This document shows positions 25,070-25,108 of a stretch of DNA of 25,108 nt, one piece after another. A program made the position numbers and the translations under genes. The stretch spans positions 1-25,108 of IMG/VR virus record IMGVR_UViG_3300022178_000067; one strand, given 5' to 3'. Positions within the stretch are counted from its first letter, which is position 1. Each line of letters starts with the position of its first letter. The stretch comes from a virus (lineage: Duplodnaviria > Caudoviricetes). The notes beneath the pieces are model-generated. The model saw nothing but the letters and a program-made list of their open reading frames with translations, was not told the DNA's origin and searched no databases.

Positions 25070-25108
25070 TGGTGTCTAGCAGGGGAATCGAACCCCTCAA
25101 CAACTGCG
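25070..25108 (-). tRNA. 3' half of a tRNA gene, truncated by the window edge; isotype not determinable
   Basis: Reverse strand reads CGCAGTTGTTG-AGGGG-TTCGATT-CCCCT-GCTAGAC-A-CCA: perfect 5-bp T arm with TTCGA loop, 7-nt acceptor strand, discriminator A and encoded CCA. Confidence 0.85.

Noticed and set aside
1-25108. Stop-codon reassignment or prophage features
   Set aside because: Genes tile densely under the standard code using TAA, TAG and TGA stops. No integrase, repressor or host genes were seen.

Overview
This window is the virion-morphogenesis arm of a lytic T7-like podovirus, plus the last genes of the opposing arm. On the + strand, an AT-rich palindrome/repeat cluster and a sigma70-type promoter come first. 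They are followed by a probable small terminase, three tail-fibre/tailspike genes (one with a collagen stalk between duplicated domains), holin candidates around a T7-lysozyme-type amidase, the large terminase, portal, scaffold and major capsid. After a terminator and a second promoter come a C1q-like fibre, tail adaptor and nozzle, three ejection proteins (the last with a TIGR02594/NlpC-P60-like peptidase), overlapping spanins and two small basic proteins. A bidirectional terminator at about 23617-23644 separates this arm from the converging - strand genes: DUF3310, PhoH, a PD-(D/E)XK-like protein and the 3' half of a tRNA cut by the window edge. The architecture is most consistent with SIO1-like cobaviruses (Zobellviridae) of Rhodobacteraceae; this comes from recognised gene order and motifs, not a database search. 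The most interesting items are a putative branched receptor-binding apparatus built on a collagen spacer, the terminal palindrome array, consensus host-type promoters on late genes, and a repeat peptide between portal and scaffold that appears to be under selection. No CRISPR array, integrase, transposase or recoding signal was seen.
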